A stretch of DNA of 63,824 nt, counting the filler, from Parasitella parasitica NRRL 2501 (Eukaryota; Fungi; Mucoromycota): NCBI GenBank assembly GCA_025201805.1. It is 6 parts of 6 records of this genome, joined end to end, with 100 filler letters (N's around TTAATTAATTAA, not from the genome) between each part and the next. Parts side by side here need not be neighbours in the genome. Positions count along the whole stretch, not along the records: positions 9,195 to 26,802 come from MU619339.1; positions 26,903 to 55,758 come from MU619435.1; 4 more parts are not named here. The stretch is one strand, 5' to 3'. Below, piece by piece: positions 26,148 to 38,608 of the stretch. Every line of letters begins with the position of its first letter. The first letter of the stretch is position 1. The notes under the pieces were generated by a model. It was not told the origin of the DNA. It did no database searches and worked only from the letters and a program-made list of their open reading frames with translations. Position numbers and translations under genes: made by a program.

Positions 26148-26429
26148 AATGCGTGAATTGTATAGAAAAAGAAAAGTAAAAAAAGCATGAATTTTGACAC
26201 TGTGGTGCATTCAGTTAGCAGATAGCGTCATCGTCTCCTGTTTACATTTATTCAAATAGTAATAATACGCGTCTAGCCTTTCTTTTTCTTTTTCTTTTTC
26301 TTTTTTTTTTTTTTTTTGCTTTTATTGTTTGCTCCATGCAAGCTCAATGTCAAAAACTAAACGACGATGCAAATGCAAATCAAAATGATCAGATAGACAG
26401 AATCGAGAAGAAATTTACCTCATGGGCTA

Positions 26430-26802
26430 CAATTGGGTATGGACCACCATCTTGTAAACGGCCATTGATCATCCGGTAGAAGACATTTCGTTGGATAGTG
26501 GTTAAAGCCATACGATCAACCATTTTCCAAGAGTGGCTAATACTGCGTGACAGCTGTGCAGGAAAAGGTTGTTTGGCAATGTATGGATCGGAAAGTCATC
26601 ACACTGGAAAAGGTAGGTTGTTGTGGAGAAATAGCTGTTCTACGAATGGCAGAGGACAGCTATGTATGGTTGAAATTTGTTGGTACCTTGAGCCAGCCCC
26701 GTTTCGTTTATTTTCCATTTTCTCTTGATTTTCAAAATTGGTCAAAGAAAGAAAGCTGACAGCTGCTGTACGTCCGTACATCCCCGGTGTATGGGCAATA
26801 AT
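26430..26802 (-). pseudogene. degraded LINE ORF2 fragment
   Basis: The minus strand reads ..SWKMVDRMALTTIQRNVFYRMING.., resembling the region before the zf-RVT of Mucorales LINEs. Multiple stops. Confidence 0.4.
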
Positions 26803-26902
26803 NNNNNNNNNNNNNNNNNNNNNNNNNNNNNNNNNNNNNNNNNNNNTTAATTAATTAANNNNNNNNNNNNNNNNNNNNNNNNNNNNNNNNNNNNNNNNNN
26901 NN

Positions 26903-27056
26903 CAATAGATACAATCTATCATTCCACTCTCATATCTTATCCTCCCATCAGATTCACTAAGAATATAAACCATCGTTTTTCCATGTAATAAACGAGATCT
27001 TTACTTGATTAATTCACAATCGTTTTGTTTGAATAATTTCTCATTCTGATAAATCA
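26903..27056 (+). mobile_element. LTR family C 3' part
   Basis: Matches 11865-12054 and ends TTCTGATAAATCA. It truncates the Tc1 transposase. Confidence 0.85.
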
Positions 27057-28198
27057 CATTACAATATGGAAGCTTTTCATACTGTGAAATTCATCCATGA
27101 TATCCAACGTATCGCTGATAAACTGTATAGAATGTCCAGTGTGGTACCTTTGGGAATGGCTGAGGCAGCATCTCCAGGGACCTTACGTTTTGTAGCGCCA
27201 ACAAATTTTCTTTTTTTTTTGACATTTCCTGGCTCTCTCATACTTACATTTATTACATCAAATGCTGAAATAGCAACGATAATTGTATGAGAAACCCCCC
27301 TCGCTGAGGGTGGCTCAATGACTGCCTCAGTACCACGTTTTGACCAAGCCCTTGAACGACGCATATTAATGTCAAAATCTGCATCGTCAAGAAAGACACA
27401 GCTTTGCATGAAAAACATGCCCTTTTGAACCCATTCCTCAACCTATTTGGCATGGGTCTCCAAAGTTGTTTTACTGTTGCTTGCCTGAGGAAGGCGAGTA
27501 ACAACTTTTATGCCTAGGTTGCACTCTTCTTTCATGAACTCACCAACTCTACTCTTCTTAATTTCTAAGCCTTTAAAGCTTCTCGTTAAATCTTCCACTG
27601 CGTCTTGGATGAATGCGGATGGGTTTTCATCAAAGAAGGAGGTGATACGTTCCTTATGGCTCTCGTTTAGCTTACTTTTATAACAGATAGAAGTGATATC
27701 TGTTTTTTTAAAAGGGATGTTGTGCTCTGGATCTTTCTTGTAAACTGCTTTCCATTTTCGAGCAGTTTCATAATTAATCTTAGCCAGTTTTGCAGCTTCT
27801 GCTGGTTTCATAAGTATCGCAATCGGTCTTCGGTGGTGTAAACATTGTACTCTGATAGCCTTTCATTTTTGTAGGTGCTTCTTGCATATCAGTGTCTTTC
27901 GGTTCTTCTTCAATTATTACTTTTTTAAGTTTGATATATTTATGCAAGTTTGTCAAGCTTGTCAGTCTGGATGACGGATTTACAACAAAAGCAGCTGCTT
28001 CATTGCCAAACTTATCCACTATTCCACCTCTACCGTCTTCGCGAAAAAAATTCGTTTGGAAAATTTAGAGGATAAAAAAATTGGACAAATTAGCTTCAAA
28101 CATCTGGTAGGCAATTTAGCCTCACACAAATGTCCAAAATAATTCAGAAAAATGTGCAGAGTTTTCAAAAATCCGGTAAATTGGGAGTGAAAGCACAG
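27057..28198 (-). mobile_element. Tc1/mariner (IS630-like) transposon relic, frameshifted
   Basis: HTH AAKLAKINYETARKW; NPSAFIQDAVEDL; CVFLDDADFDINMRRSRAWSKRG (first D of DDE). The minus-strand end TA|CTGTGCTTTCAC at 28198-28200 fits a TIR plus TA TSD. Confidence 0.85.
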
Positions 28199-28730
28199 TA
28201 AGTTGACAGCAGAGAAAATTTGCATGTATCAAGACTGTCAGATGCGAATATGGGGATCCAGGATCTGAAAGGTGTAATGTATTTAGACAGAAATAGTAGA
28301 TTTAAGAAATAATACAATAGGCAATATTATATTTTAGGTTGTAACAAAATAAAAAGGTGTGTTTATTGTTTTGTGTTTGTAGTAGCTAAATAAATATATT
28401 CAGTTCTTCGAAAGGGAGGTAATTTAGGCAAGCGCAGCAAAAATGCTGGCGATGTATGGAGTTGAGAATATCATCGCGCAAAAGACATCCGTTTTGAACG
28501 GAACAAAAACAATTTGATCGATTTTAAATGTAGGTATACGTTGATATGATAAAAACATAAGTATACCCTTTATCCCTTTTTTATTCATTAAAATGTCCAA
28601 ATTTTACAGCATCTCGGCCATCTATTTATGTCTAGGCGACTTGTCCAAGTTATCTATGCGACTCGTGTTTTCATCTAATGATCGGAAAGAAGTGCTAACT
28701 GCCCAAGGTCAGTGCTGTTCAACCTAATTT

Positions 28731-30729
28731 TTATTGCAATGATTTCAATGCAGCTAAATTATCTGTATTTTGTTCCACGATTGTTCTTATAATATCAAAT
28801 ATCAATGCTTCTCGTGGTAAGGGATAGTTTTTATACAATTCGGTGATAGGCGGGGTCGGGCCTGGGGGAGCACTAGTCAGCACGGAAAATGGGGATGCTG
28901 ATGGAGACACTCGGTGATCTGGGGAGACCCTTTTTGTAAGCGCATACATATGGTCATTCAGCTTCGATTTAGCCAGTTTCGCTATTGATTCATCTTGTAC
29001 TTGCAACAATATCATAAGTGAGTCAATACAACGCACCAGGATCTTCACGGACGCTATATAAGCATAAATAATAATGTACCAGTTAGTAAACATATTTATA
29101 GTGTTTTGTCATCCAGTTGAATACTTGCAATAGCAAAAAGAGTCAATCTGCTCTAGTCGGTTCATCAAGAAGAAGCACATGTCTATGGCCTGTATCACCA
29201 GATGCATAGCTTTATCGCTAACAACATCTTGACTATTTCTTCTTGACTTTGGTTGTACCAAACAGCCATATATGTTTAATGAGTTTATATATACAAAAGA
29301 GACCATGATGATTTTAGATGCGCTGGTTTCGTTTTGAATCATTTTTCTGGTCAAGCTAAAAGGCTCTGCGCACATCTTCAATTCTTGTGGTAAATGGCGC
29401 CACCATTCTTGAACTGCTTCTTCGTAGCGTATCATTTCTTGCAAACTTATGTCCACGGCGGCAGCATCACCAGTAGACAGCCTTCTTATTTTTGACAGCA
29501 CTGCCTCGAAAGCAGGATGTGAGGATAAAGCCAACATGTGATTAAATACTTTGAAGGTGTTTCCTGTTTTGGCGGGTTCGTTCGGTAGGATGTCGAACGG
29601 TGCATCGTGCTGTTTGCACTGAGCACGCAAATCATATCGCAAGAGGTCGTTAAATGGCTGAACACTGTTTCGATGAATGATAGAGTACTTTATCCTGGTC
29701 ATTGTCGGTAGATGTGGACCACCACACGCAAAGTCCGGGTTCTCTAGTTGTAAAGTACTGATTAAAACACCTGCCATTGAGACCCATTTGAAACTATCAG
29801 CAACTCTAGACGTGGTTACCATGAATGGTATCAATAGATTAATTACTATGACTGATTCTAGAGACTTGTCGGGATCGTCAAACATGTCAACAAGTTTCAC
29901 CATTGCCAACTCGTAAAAGTATTCACTGAGATGTCGCTTTTCGTATGAATTGAACACATTATGTCTGCAAGTCGATATCGCTGAGGATGTACATATGGCC
30001 AGCACGATAGGGTCTTGTATTGGGTTCTGTAGACTTTTATAGTGCTCCATAAATGAAGGTTCGTGCAAGATGGGAACAACATCATTATAGCACGAGAAAT
30101 ACTTGAGTACCAAACTTTCAACAACCAACTGTGGGTCCCAAAGGGCTGCTATACCTGTTGAAAATCGTTTTGAAATGGCTTTTGGTGAAGATGTCGATTC
30201 ACGATCGTTGTTTTGATGGAATGATTTTGAGACGATCTGCATGGCGTGTCGAACAAAACTGTTTTGTTCAAATGCGGCTGATTTTGCTTGGAGAATGGCT
30301 CCAAAAGGAGACAAGTAGCGAATAGCAGCTTTTCCATAAATCATGAGCTCCTCTAGGCTTTTAATCTCGGTGACAAGCCGCAGCTCTCCGTTAATGTAAT
30401 GCAAATCCCACCGAGATTCTTGTTTAATTAGTGCTTTTTCTTGACTGATGCTCAATTCGAGCGACTTAAGTTGGGCTTCTATATGTTTAATCTGTCCATG
30501 AGCCTCTTGCTCCTGCTCTTGTTCTTGTTCTTCAGCGAAGCCTTCATCATGGGCATAGATGTATTGAGTTGTGCAATTTCTGTTGGCCTTCAGACAGCGT
30601 TGACAAGCTTCGTTGGAGCTAATTCTCTCGCATTTTCGTCGTCTTTGCCTACAAACTATAGGTCCATGTCAGTTGATATTCTTTGAATTCTTTAGTTTCT
30701 TTACACTGGCATGGAATTTTTCTAATCAT
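28731..30729 (-). CDS. Zn(II)2Cys6 transcription factor with fungal TF middle-homology domain
   Basis: Spliced MIRKIPCQ|FCRQRRRKCERISSNEACQRCLKANRNC, in frame with ORF 29109-30455 (YFSCYNDVVPILHEPSF). Last exon ends at 28731. Confidence 0.9.
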
Positions 30730-30949
30730 GATCTAATAAAAAATGGTAGCGAAAAGAGCAATACAAATAATTTGGTAATGTAAGTCGTTGAACACATCCA
30801 ATCGCATTTTTAAAATGCGATTTGGACAGATTTTGATGAAAAAGAGTCGGTTTTAGAGGTTTCTTCATTTTATACTAGATGGATAATATGTTTCTTCATT
30901 TTATTCAAGCACTTGAGGCAATCAGGCTTTTATTTGTACCTAATGTAAT

Positions 30950-31340
30950 AGCATCGCGAGTGAAGAATTCTGACATTGCCAGAATGAAGTCTACCTTAGG
31001 TACCATAGGAATACTAGAGAGAGAATTCAGACTTAGATCAAGAATCTGTCAATCGGCTGTTGTCAGCATTCATGAGTTTAAAGCCTCCAAAGTGTGCAAT
31101 TTCTGTAAAGAAACAAGTCTGAAAGCAACAAAGCTTCCTAATGATAAATACACACATAGTATAATAGATTGTAAAAACTGTCGTCAACTTTGAGATAGAG
31201 ATGTTAACGGAAGCAAAGATAAGTTAGGACATTTCACAATCTGTTTGGGAAGGAAATGAGAGACCTGCCATCTTCCCAAAGAGAAATCACCGTCGAGAAA
31301 ACGGTTTCGCCAGTAATGGTGATTTAAATATTTCCCGTTA
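30950..31340 (+). pseudogene. decayed Fanzor1/TnpB-like C-terminal fragment
   Basis: VVSIHEFKASKVCNFC...HSIIDCKNCRQL*DRDVNGSK, then after a frameshift ISQSVWEGNERPAIF. This is RuvC-II Glu, Zn finger and RuvC-III Asp, collinear with the Fanzor at 59.4-59.7 kb. Confidence 0.8.
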
Positions 31341-31807
31341 ATTTGTAGTGATGGTGATTTAGATGTCTTTGGAGGCACTGACTTTGTCAAGGTGACGGCT
31401 TGGGGACTCCTTTGTTTTCATGAGAAAATTTTTTCTGCAGCTATAAAAAGCATCCAAATTTCCGTACTTCTGATTTTTGCATTCGACATTTGGTTGTTTT
31501 GGTAACAAGAAAAAGGTATAGTAAATTCGTTTTTTAAATTGTATATATTCGAAGAAGAAGACTCGTTTCTTTTGGTGATGAGATTGAGAATATAGAGTCA
31601 AGCCCTGAGCAAATACCCTACGAAGGTATACTTGATGTCAACCATATTCGCTGATAAAGAAAAGCTTCTTCTCTTATATTATAAAAAATCAATACATTTA
31701 TTTTATCAGATTACTAATATCTATATATTAGACCTTTTCTTTTGCTTGGTTCTTGTTTTGTATAAACATCATTTTATAAATAAAAAACTATCATTCATGT
31801 ACATATT

Positions 31808-32860
31808 CTAAAATGGAACAGTGTTTCCTAGTTTTTGCTGCTTTGCCTTTGCAACCATTAGACCAGAGACAGCACTGTCTTGCACACTAATGCCTACACT
31901 CTTGAAAAGAGTGATTTTGCCTCTATCCGCTTCCGTATTGCTCTTGTCAATGTTTCCCATTTCAATCCAATCTTGGGGCTTGGAAGATTGAACCAGTTCG
32001 CCCGCCTCATGCCCACATGCCTCAACAGAATCAACGGCAATGACATCTGCCCTCTTGACAGTTTCAGCATCCACTTCATGCATGTCCATGCGATAGGAGC
32101 CAACGCAATTAAGGTGAACACCAGGCTTCAACCATTGACCAAACAGTACAGGTTCAGTGGCATTCGTGCATGTGCAAACAATGTCTGCATTTCCAACTTC
32201 ATCTTGGAGATGCTCGTTTGCTGAAACAAACGTGCGGTCAGGGTAAGCCTTCTGGAGATCTTGAATAAGCTGCAATCTGCGTTTCTCACCACGATTCCAA
32301 ATAGCAACTCTTTGCAGACTAGGTCTGACAGCGATCATCATGTCGACGTGAGACCTACCTTGAGCTCCGGCTCCAAAGACAAGTAGGCTCTTCGACTCGG
32401 GATGAGCATAATAACGAGTGGCTACGCCAGATCCTGTATTTTACACGTACGCAACTTGTCAGCTGAGATATGGAAATCGACTTGGAGCATTACCTGCCGC
32501 TGTACGGACAGCAGTTAAAGCGTCTGCATTCATAACAGCTTCCACGCCACCCGTCTTTTCGTCGATCACTAGAATCGTGGCAGGCAGCCCGCTCAAACCG
32601 TCCTTTGTAGGGACACTGACAATTTTAATGGATGTTGTATGGTCCAATCTCGATGGCATAAACAAGACCTTGTGCGTCTCGGTTGACACGCTAATACGCT
32701 GAGGGGATTGTGCTTCCAGGGCCTTTTGAGCGTCCTTTTGACTTTGAGTGTACTTGCTAAATGTAGTTTCCATGAGGTCTACAAGTTGATTAGCAGTCTC
32801 TGAGTCGCCTTGAGATAAGAGTGCATTAATGTCGCTGGCAGATAATATAAGAATAGACAT
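31808..32860 (-). CDS. ornithine cyclodeaminase / mu-crystallin (ketimine reductase) family
   Basis: LFMPSR, IKIVSV, LTAVRTAA|GSGVAT, VFGAGAQG, ADIVCTCT, HLNCVGSY, ITLFKSVGISVQD. One intron at about 32434-32492. Confidence 0.92.
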
Positions 32861-33056
32861 TTTTTGAGTTGCCAGAAGAGGAGAGAAAAGGTATGGAGAT
32901 ACACTTTAATTTGCTCATAATACATTTTTAGCGTATTGTGATTTGAAGGTTCTTAGTAGTACAGTTTCTCTCACGCACAGGGGTGGTTGATTGGCTTGCA
33001 GTAGCGAGGTGTGTGCTTTTGTTTCGCCTTTCTTTCGCTCAATAAATTCTCACAAG

Positions 33057-33997
33057 ATGGAAGCACCTCCAACCTTAAACGATCAAGTAGTTCAGCTCGT
33101 CTTTGGCCTAGCCAATTTGAAATTCGATATTCCCTATACTAATTTTTCGCTGCCCATGCTTGATGTTCTTTTTGCTATCCTCATCAACTATTCCTATCGA
33201 TCGGCACTAGGCGTCTCGCATAATCAAGTGGGTTGGTATCAAGGATTGTTGGCCACGCTCGTGATGGCTACCGGTGGTGGATGTACCGTTGCTGTCTTGA
33301 GAGGTGAACCTATAGGTATATTAAAGAGCAATGCGTTTTGGGGAATCCATTGGTAAGTACACAAATCATTTTTACGCTGAAACTCGTAACTTATTTTGCG
33401 TCTCAATAGCTCTACCTACCTCGCCATGTTCTCGAATCCTTATGTCTACCAGACTGTTGATTTCTTGTTTTCTATTCCCCTTGTTGAGCATGTTTTTACA
33501 TTATCAGATAGCATTTTGCGAGCCTTGGCGATGATTCAAGTCGGCGTTGAAGGAGTCAGCTCGCATCCTGCATTAGGCCCTGACAAGTTTGTAGCAAAAG
33601 TACTGTGCGGCACTCTGGCTGGTTGTGGTGGGGGTCTTTGGATTGGTAAGGCCTTTTTCTGAAGTTGAGTGGGATAGCACCGTTTAACATTTTTCCAGAT
33701 GCTTTCCGTCTGAATCAACCCAACTGGTCATTTTCTACGCCTAGACTTCTCCATGTTGCCTCTGTTGATATGAAGGTGTCGTTCCTTACTTCGCTGTTTT
33801 ATGTTGTTGCAACCACACCTTCGTTTTGCGACTATTTGAACTTGCCCATCATCAAGCCTATTGAAGCTCAAGCTTGGAGTGCTGTATTTCTAACGTCTGG
33901 TTTGGTTTATGGTTCTTATTCCAACAAGTGGGTTAAACAGAGCAAGGCTATCGAGGAAATCAATGAAAAGTTGGCCGACGATAAGAAATCAGATTAG
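33057..33997 (+). CDS. TRIC/TMEM38-like multi-pass membrane protein (3 exons)
   Basis: Two GGG repeats (MATGGGCT..LRGEP; GTLAGCGGGLWID) and about 7 hydrophobic segments. Confidence 0.65.
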
Positions 33998-34419
33998 GCA
34001 CAGACTATAATTTTCCGAATTGTACAATGTCGTATATACCATATGTAACAAACAATAAATTCCTTGACGTATATATATGTATATATATATATTCGGTTCT
34101 TTTTCTCTTTTTTCTCCCCTTTTCTCCAATACACACATAAAATATGGGTAGCAGTATATCTAAGGTTAGCTGTGGTGATATTACTATGCATAAAAAGCAT
34201 CTTAAATCATCTGTACACCGACGTCCAACTGTCAGGATTGATAAATCAAAGATTGGAATTCCTACAGATTTCAGGGCAAGTATATATCTAATGATTATTT
34301 CGTGATCTCTTCCATTAACATGTTCATTAGCATACTTACCATGTTGGTAAGTTAAGTTAATAACCAGATTGTCCACATATACTTATATATATAAATATAT
34401 AGGTAATAGTAGCCCTATC

Positions 34420-35118
34420 ATGGACGAGGTATAACATAAGATAGCATTTATTACATTGCCTAAATTTAATCAGCCATAAACTTTTTTCGTATCCTTAAGT
34501 TTGCAGATAATGCAAGTGCCATAGAAGCCGCAAGCATTTTGACAGATTCTGATTTCCTGGCTACCATGGCACAAATAACAGATGCATTACAAAAGTTTCC
34601 GCTTCCAAGACCCACTCGACAAGTCTATAAAAAAAGCCCTGGTGTTTCCCCTCTAGGTACAAGCCAAAGCGATCAACAAATCTCACGTAGTCCAGTTGCT
34701 CTATCCAAAAACACATCATTACAGGAAGCATCTGATAACAATGTGGGTTTGGAAATGTCTGTTTCCATGACGGTCATTGGTGCTAAAAACGATGTACTTG
34801 AACATTTCAGTGATAAAGAAAAGAGCGTTTTACAGCTGACAAAATCACGCTCGATACAAAACATAGAGAGACCAACAGGTGAGAATGGGATGACAGCGCT
34901 TGATCTGACAAGAGGCTATTATGATTTCAGCTCTTGTCTTCAGAGTAGAATTGATGCTCAAATCGTGGAATTGGCGAGAGCAAGGTCCAAAAACAAAGCT
35001 AACAGATCACCTGTAAGTCAAAATGTGCCTACACCTCTATGCTCGCAAGTCGACTAATTCAAATGCAACCATATAGAGAGATAACATGGGTTCTAATAAA
35101 CCGACGATTATGATTTAA
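34420..35118 (+). CDS. hypothetical protein (3 exons)
   Basis: ATG GAC GAG|intron 34429-34499|in frame with ORF 34539-35057|intron 35013-35076|..TIMI*. TATA-like sequence upstream. Confidence 0.6.
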
Positions 35119-35252
35119 AATTGAATAAAATTTATTTGAGGTTTTGATGAAATCAGGTACCATAATAGCTTTAAAGCTGGTATATAGTATCCATATCAAT
35201 TATAGTATCAGATCCTTATAATTTAATTTTGAGATAAACTTCGGTATATTAG

Positions 35253-38200
35253 TTATAGGGTATACGTCTGTACGCCGACTATTTCATCAACTTTTTTCTC
35301 GGATTCTTGGTACATTTGTTAATTAAGTGAGATTTCCATTGCGATTCTGATGATTTTGTCATGTCCAACTGACAGAATGGGCACACGGATTGATTTTCGG
35401 TAGTTGCTATACAATGCATGCAAAGGTATCAGTATGTAATTGCTAGCGTCTGAACAAAAACAAAAACTAACCTCTACATGTCTTTTTCAGCGAATGCTTC
35501 TTCCACTGCTCTATAGAAATCAACTCTTGGCATTGTGTACATTGTTTGAGTAGGTGCTTCTTTTCACAGTCATTTTGCAAATGATCTTTTAGTGTAGATA
35601 CTTCCAAAATCTGTCCCTGCTGTTAGCATTTGCTAGAGTATTCAAGCAGGTTTACACTTACAATCTGACACATAGTGCAATTAGTGAGTACAGGACATTG
35701 GTTGTAGTAATGAGAGATGAGCGTGTCTTCATTAAAGTTTTCGTCAACCTGATCACAGAAAATGCACACGTTGCTATACATAGACATTAAAATAAATACA
35801 AAAATAGTCGCTTATACGCCATCGTGGTGCCTACTTTTTTTCATCATCATCTTCTTTTACCAGAGCTTGTTTGCTTTTGGTCTGTTTTGCATAGCGAGTT
35901 ATTTTTTTTGGAGTACATATCGATCTAATGAAGAATATCATTACCTTTTTTGACGCTGCTGTACTGCTCGTAGTAGGCTTTTCCTCTCCTTTGGTCCCTT
36001 AAAAAAAACATATGTTCAGGGTTTGATTGTTTCGTTTTGGCAAACAATCCAACAAACCTGTTTTCTTTTTATTATTTGATTTCTTGGCCAGAGCCTTTTG
36101 TATACTTGTAGATGTCGAAGTTGCAATCTTTTTCCTATTATCCAACTTCTTCAACTCCTATGGGTATAATAAGCTATGTCAGTAATTGAACATCTGATAT
36201 GTACAATCGAAATAATGTTTACCTGCTCAAGTAGTTTGACTGTATCTTTATCCAAAAATGAGCACATCTTCTTGAACCCTGTCGCATCCCTTTGTTGATA
36301 CTCTGCAACTAGCATCAGCAGCTCCCAAGTCGATTTGCGCACATCATCATGAGGATGCTGATGCAGATAAGAAACAATAAATGCCATAATATTGCTACGA
36401 TACGCACTCGGATTCAGCGCCCATTGATGAGGAATCAATACTTTCTTGGTAATGATGGAAACTAGCTCCAAGCGTGCTTTGGCATCCTTCATGTTTCTAA
36501 TCATACGCTCGCCAAGACAAAGCACAATTAGCCTTTCGTAGTGCTGAATAAGATCTAAAACCGTCTTTGTAGCGTTGAGTTTGATGCTAGGATTGTTATC
36601 GCTGGTACGCATCAACACACGCAAAAAGAACTTTTCTACCCAAGCGTACAGCTGCTGGTCCTCCTTGCTCATGCTCCTGGTGGTGATTTCTGTTTTTCGA
36701 TCAATATGAAACTCTTTGCAGCTCCATAAAACCAAAACTTACCCTGCACACGCTTCCATAATTGAATGGCTTGATTGAAAATAGATTCTCTCGAGTCCAT
36801 GATGGCGTCTTGGATCATGAGTATAGCTGCATGAACAAAATTCATGTCTTGTTTGGCTTGATTTTGCATCGCTGATTGTTCTTGAGATGCAATCAACTGA
36901 TCAAGCTGGTTCAATCCGTTTTGTCGACACTTTACCTTGACACTCATGATATTTGCTACCAAATCCTCGCCGAATTGGTCAATGGCCAATTCACAAGACT
37001 CAAGGTCATCCCCAGTCAAGGGCTCAGGGACAGTTTCTGGGTCGACCTGTAATTGTGCAGGCGCGAGCTCTTCCTCGTCGTCTTTGGCAACAACGATGGG
37101 AATGCGCGCAGACAGTAGAGATGGACTATGGGTAGCCGAATCAACGTTGTTGGCGGATAACGCATCAAAACTTGTCCAATTAGTGATGTTCTCGTCCACC
37201 ATTTGATTGTCTGCAGGGCCTGCTGTTAGTTTTTCGGTCGAAGGTGATTGGATATTGGGAAGGATATTCTACATCAATATGAGTGAGCATATGCGTAATA
37301 TGATCTGATCTAAAGTACCTCTTCTGAATAATCATCATCCGCATTGTACTCTTGCTCCAAATCACTGTTATACTCGAGAGTATCATATGGCAGGATATCG
37401 CCCTCTTGCGTGATTTGAATACCAGATTGTTTCAAGAGAGACTCGGCTGTTTCTCTAACCTGGTCCATATCCGCCTAAATGGAGCATTGTTTAGAAAAAT
37501 ACTAGTGTTAAATAATAACATTACCTTTATTTTATCCGCTTCATCGTAGTCCTTGACTGCCACGGCTTGCTGTTTTTCATTTTCAAGGTTGATCAAAAAT
37601 CGCCATAACCCAGTTAATCTATCCCCTAATTCCTTGTACAGTTTTGCTTCCTTAAAATCCTCGTCTGCAGATAATGTGAGTATCTAACCATTATTTTGCA
37701 GCTATTGTTACCTTGAGCAGCATCATCCTCTGCATTGCGAATGACTTGTATCCAATGCTCCAAATCAAAGCCAGCATTCGCATTATGAATTTGAGATTCT
37801 TCGTATTGATATGCATCCTATTTAAAGAGATGATGGAGTTAGATTAAAAAGATCCGGCATGCTTTTACAGATCACTATACAATGGGTTGAGGATAATAGG
37901 GCGCGGACACTGAAGAGCGAGTGGACGTAGCTGTATCGTATTGCTGTATTGGCGATCCCAGGATGTTTAGAGCTAATATGCCAACCTTTTTTTGCAAAGA
38001 GTACATAAATATTTGTGGCCATACATACGAGCCGAGTTTGCATTATTTTTATACCTGCTTATGGATATTTAATCTGTTTTCATGGCAGCCTTTCATAACG
38101 AGGCGAATGTACTCGCCGTCTGCTTGGATTTTGATCGACTTGAGTTCTCTGTCTTGGAAACGGCCGTTGCTATCTAGATTGACAAAGCTACAGTTTGCGT

Positions 38201-38608
38201 TTTAGAGTATATCATCTGCAACATCCATTTCGCTACTCACCCAAGCCGAGTGAACTGTATGTACATAGTATCTTGCTCTTGTTCCTTGATGATGCCAACA
38301 TAAAGTTCGATCTGAGAGGCAATCTTGTAATGGTGAGACAGGATTTCAACCTTGTAAATGCGAGCAAGACCTGAGCTCAGTCTCAGAATTAAATCTTGCG
38401 GGTATTCTGGATCTCTGGTTTGAAGGAAATGTTGAGTCCATCTATAAACTTGTTTGATTTATTCATATATTTACTTTTGTGTCTGCCAGCCTCGATGGCT
38501 TATACTATGAATGTCGCCTTCAAGTGGTGCTGTCAGTGAGTCTGGCCTATAGCCTTGATCAAAAGACGAGCAATGGGCTATTTCAAATGGAATTGACTCG
38601 ATTGTCAT
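35253..38608 (-). CDS. CEP104: centrosomal/ciliary-tip protein CEP104 homolog
   Basis: N-terminal jelly-roll GWQTQK|DPEYPQDLILRL..IYKVEILSHHYKIASQIELYVG..FTRLG..RELKSIKI..YIRL..CH.N.LNI.KQ. Coiled coil A..EDF.EAK, TOG/HEAT region, and C-terminal Zn fingers CIFC..H...CPVL..C..C..H..C..CPFC..W..HL..C.KNPR. The 3' end is approximate. Confidence 0.88.
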
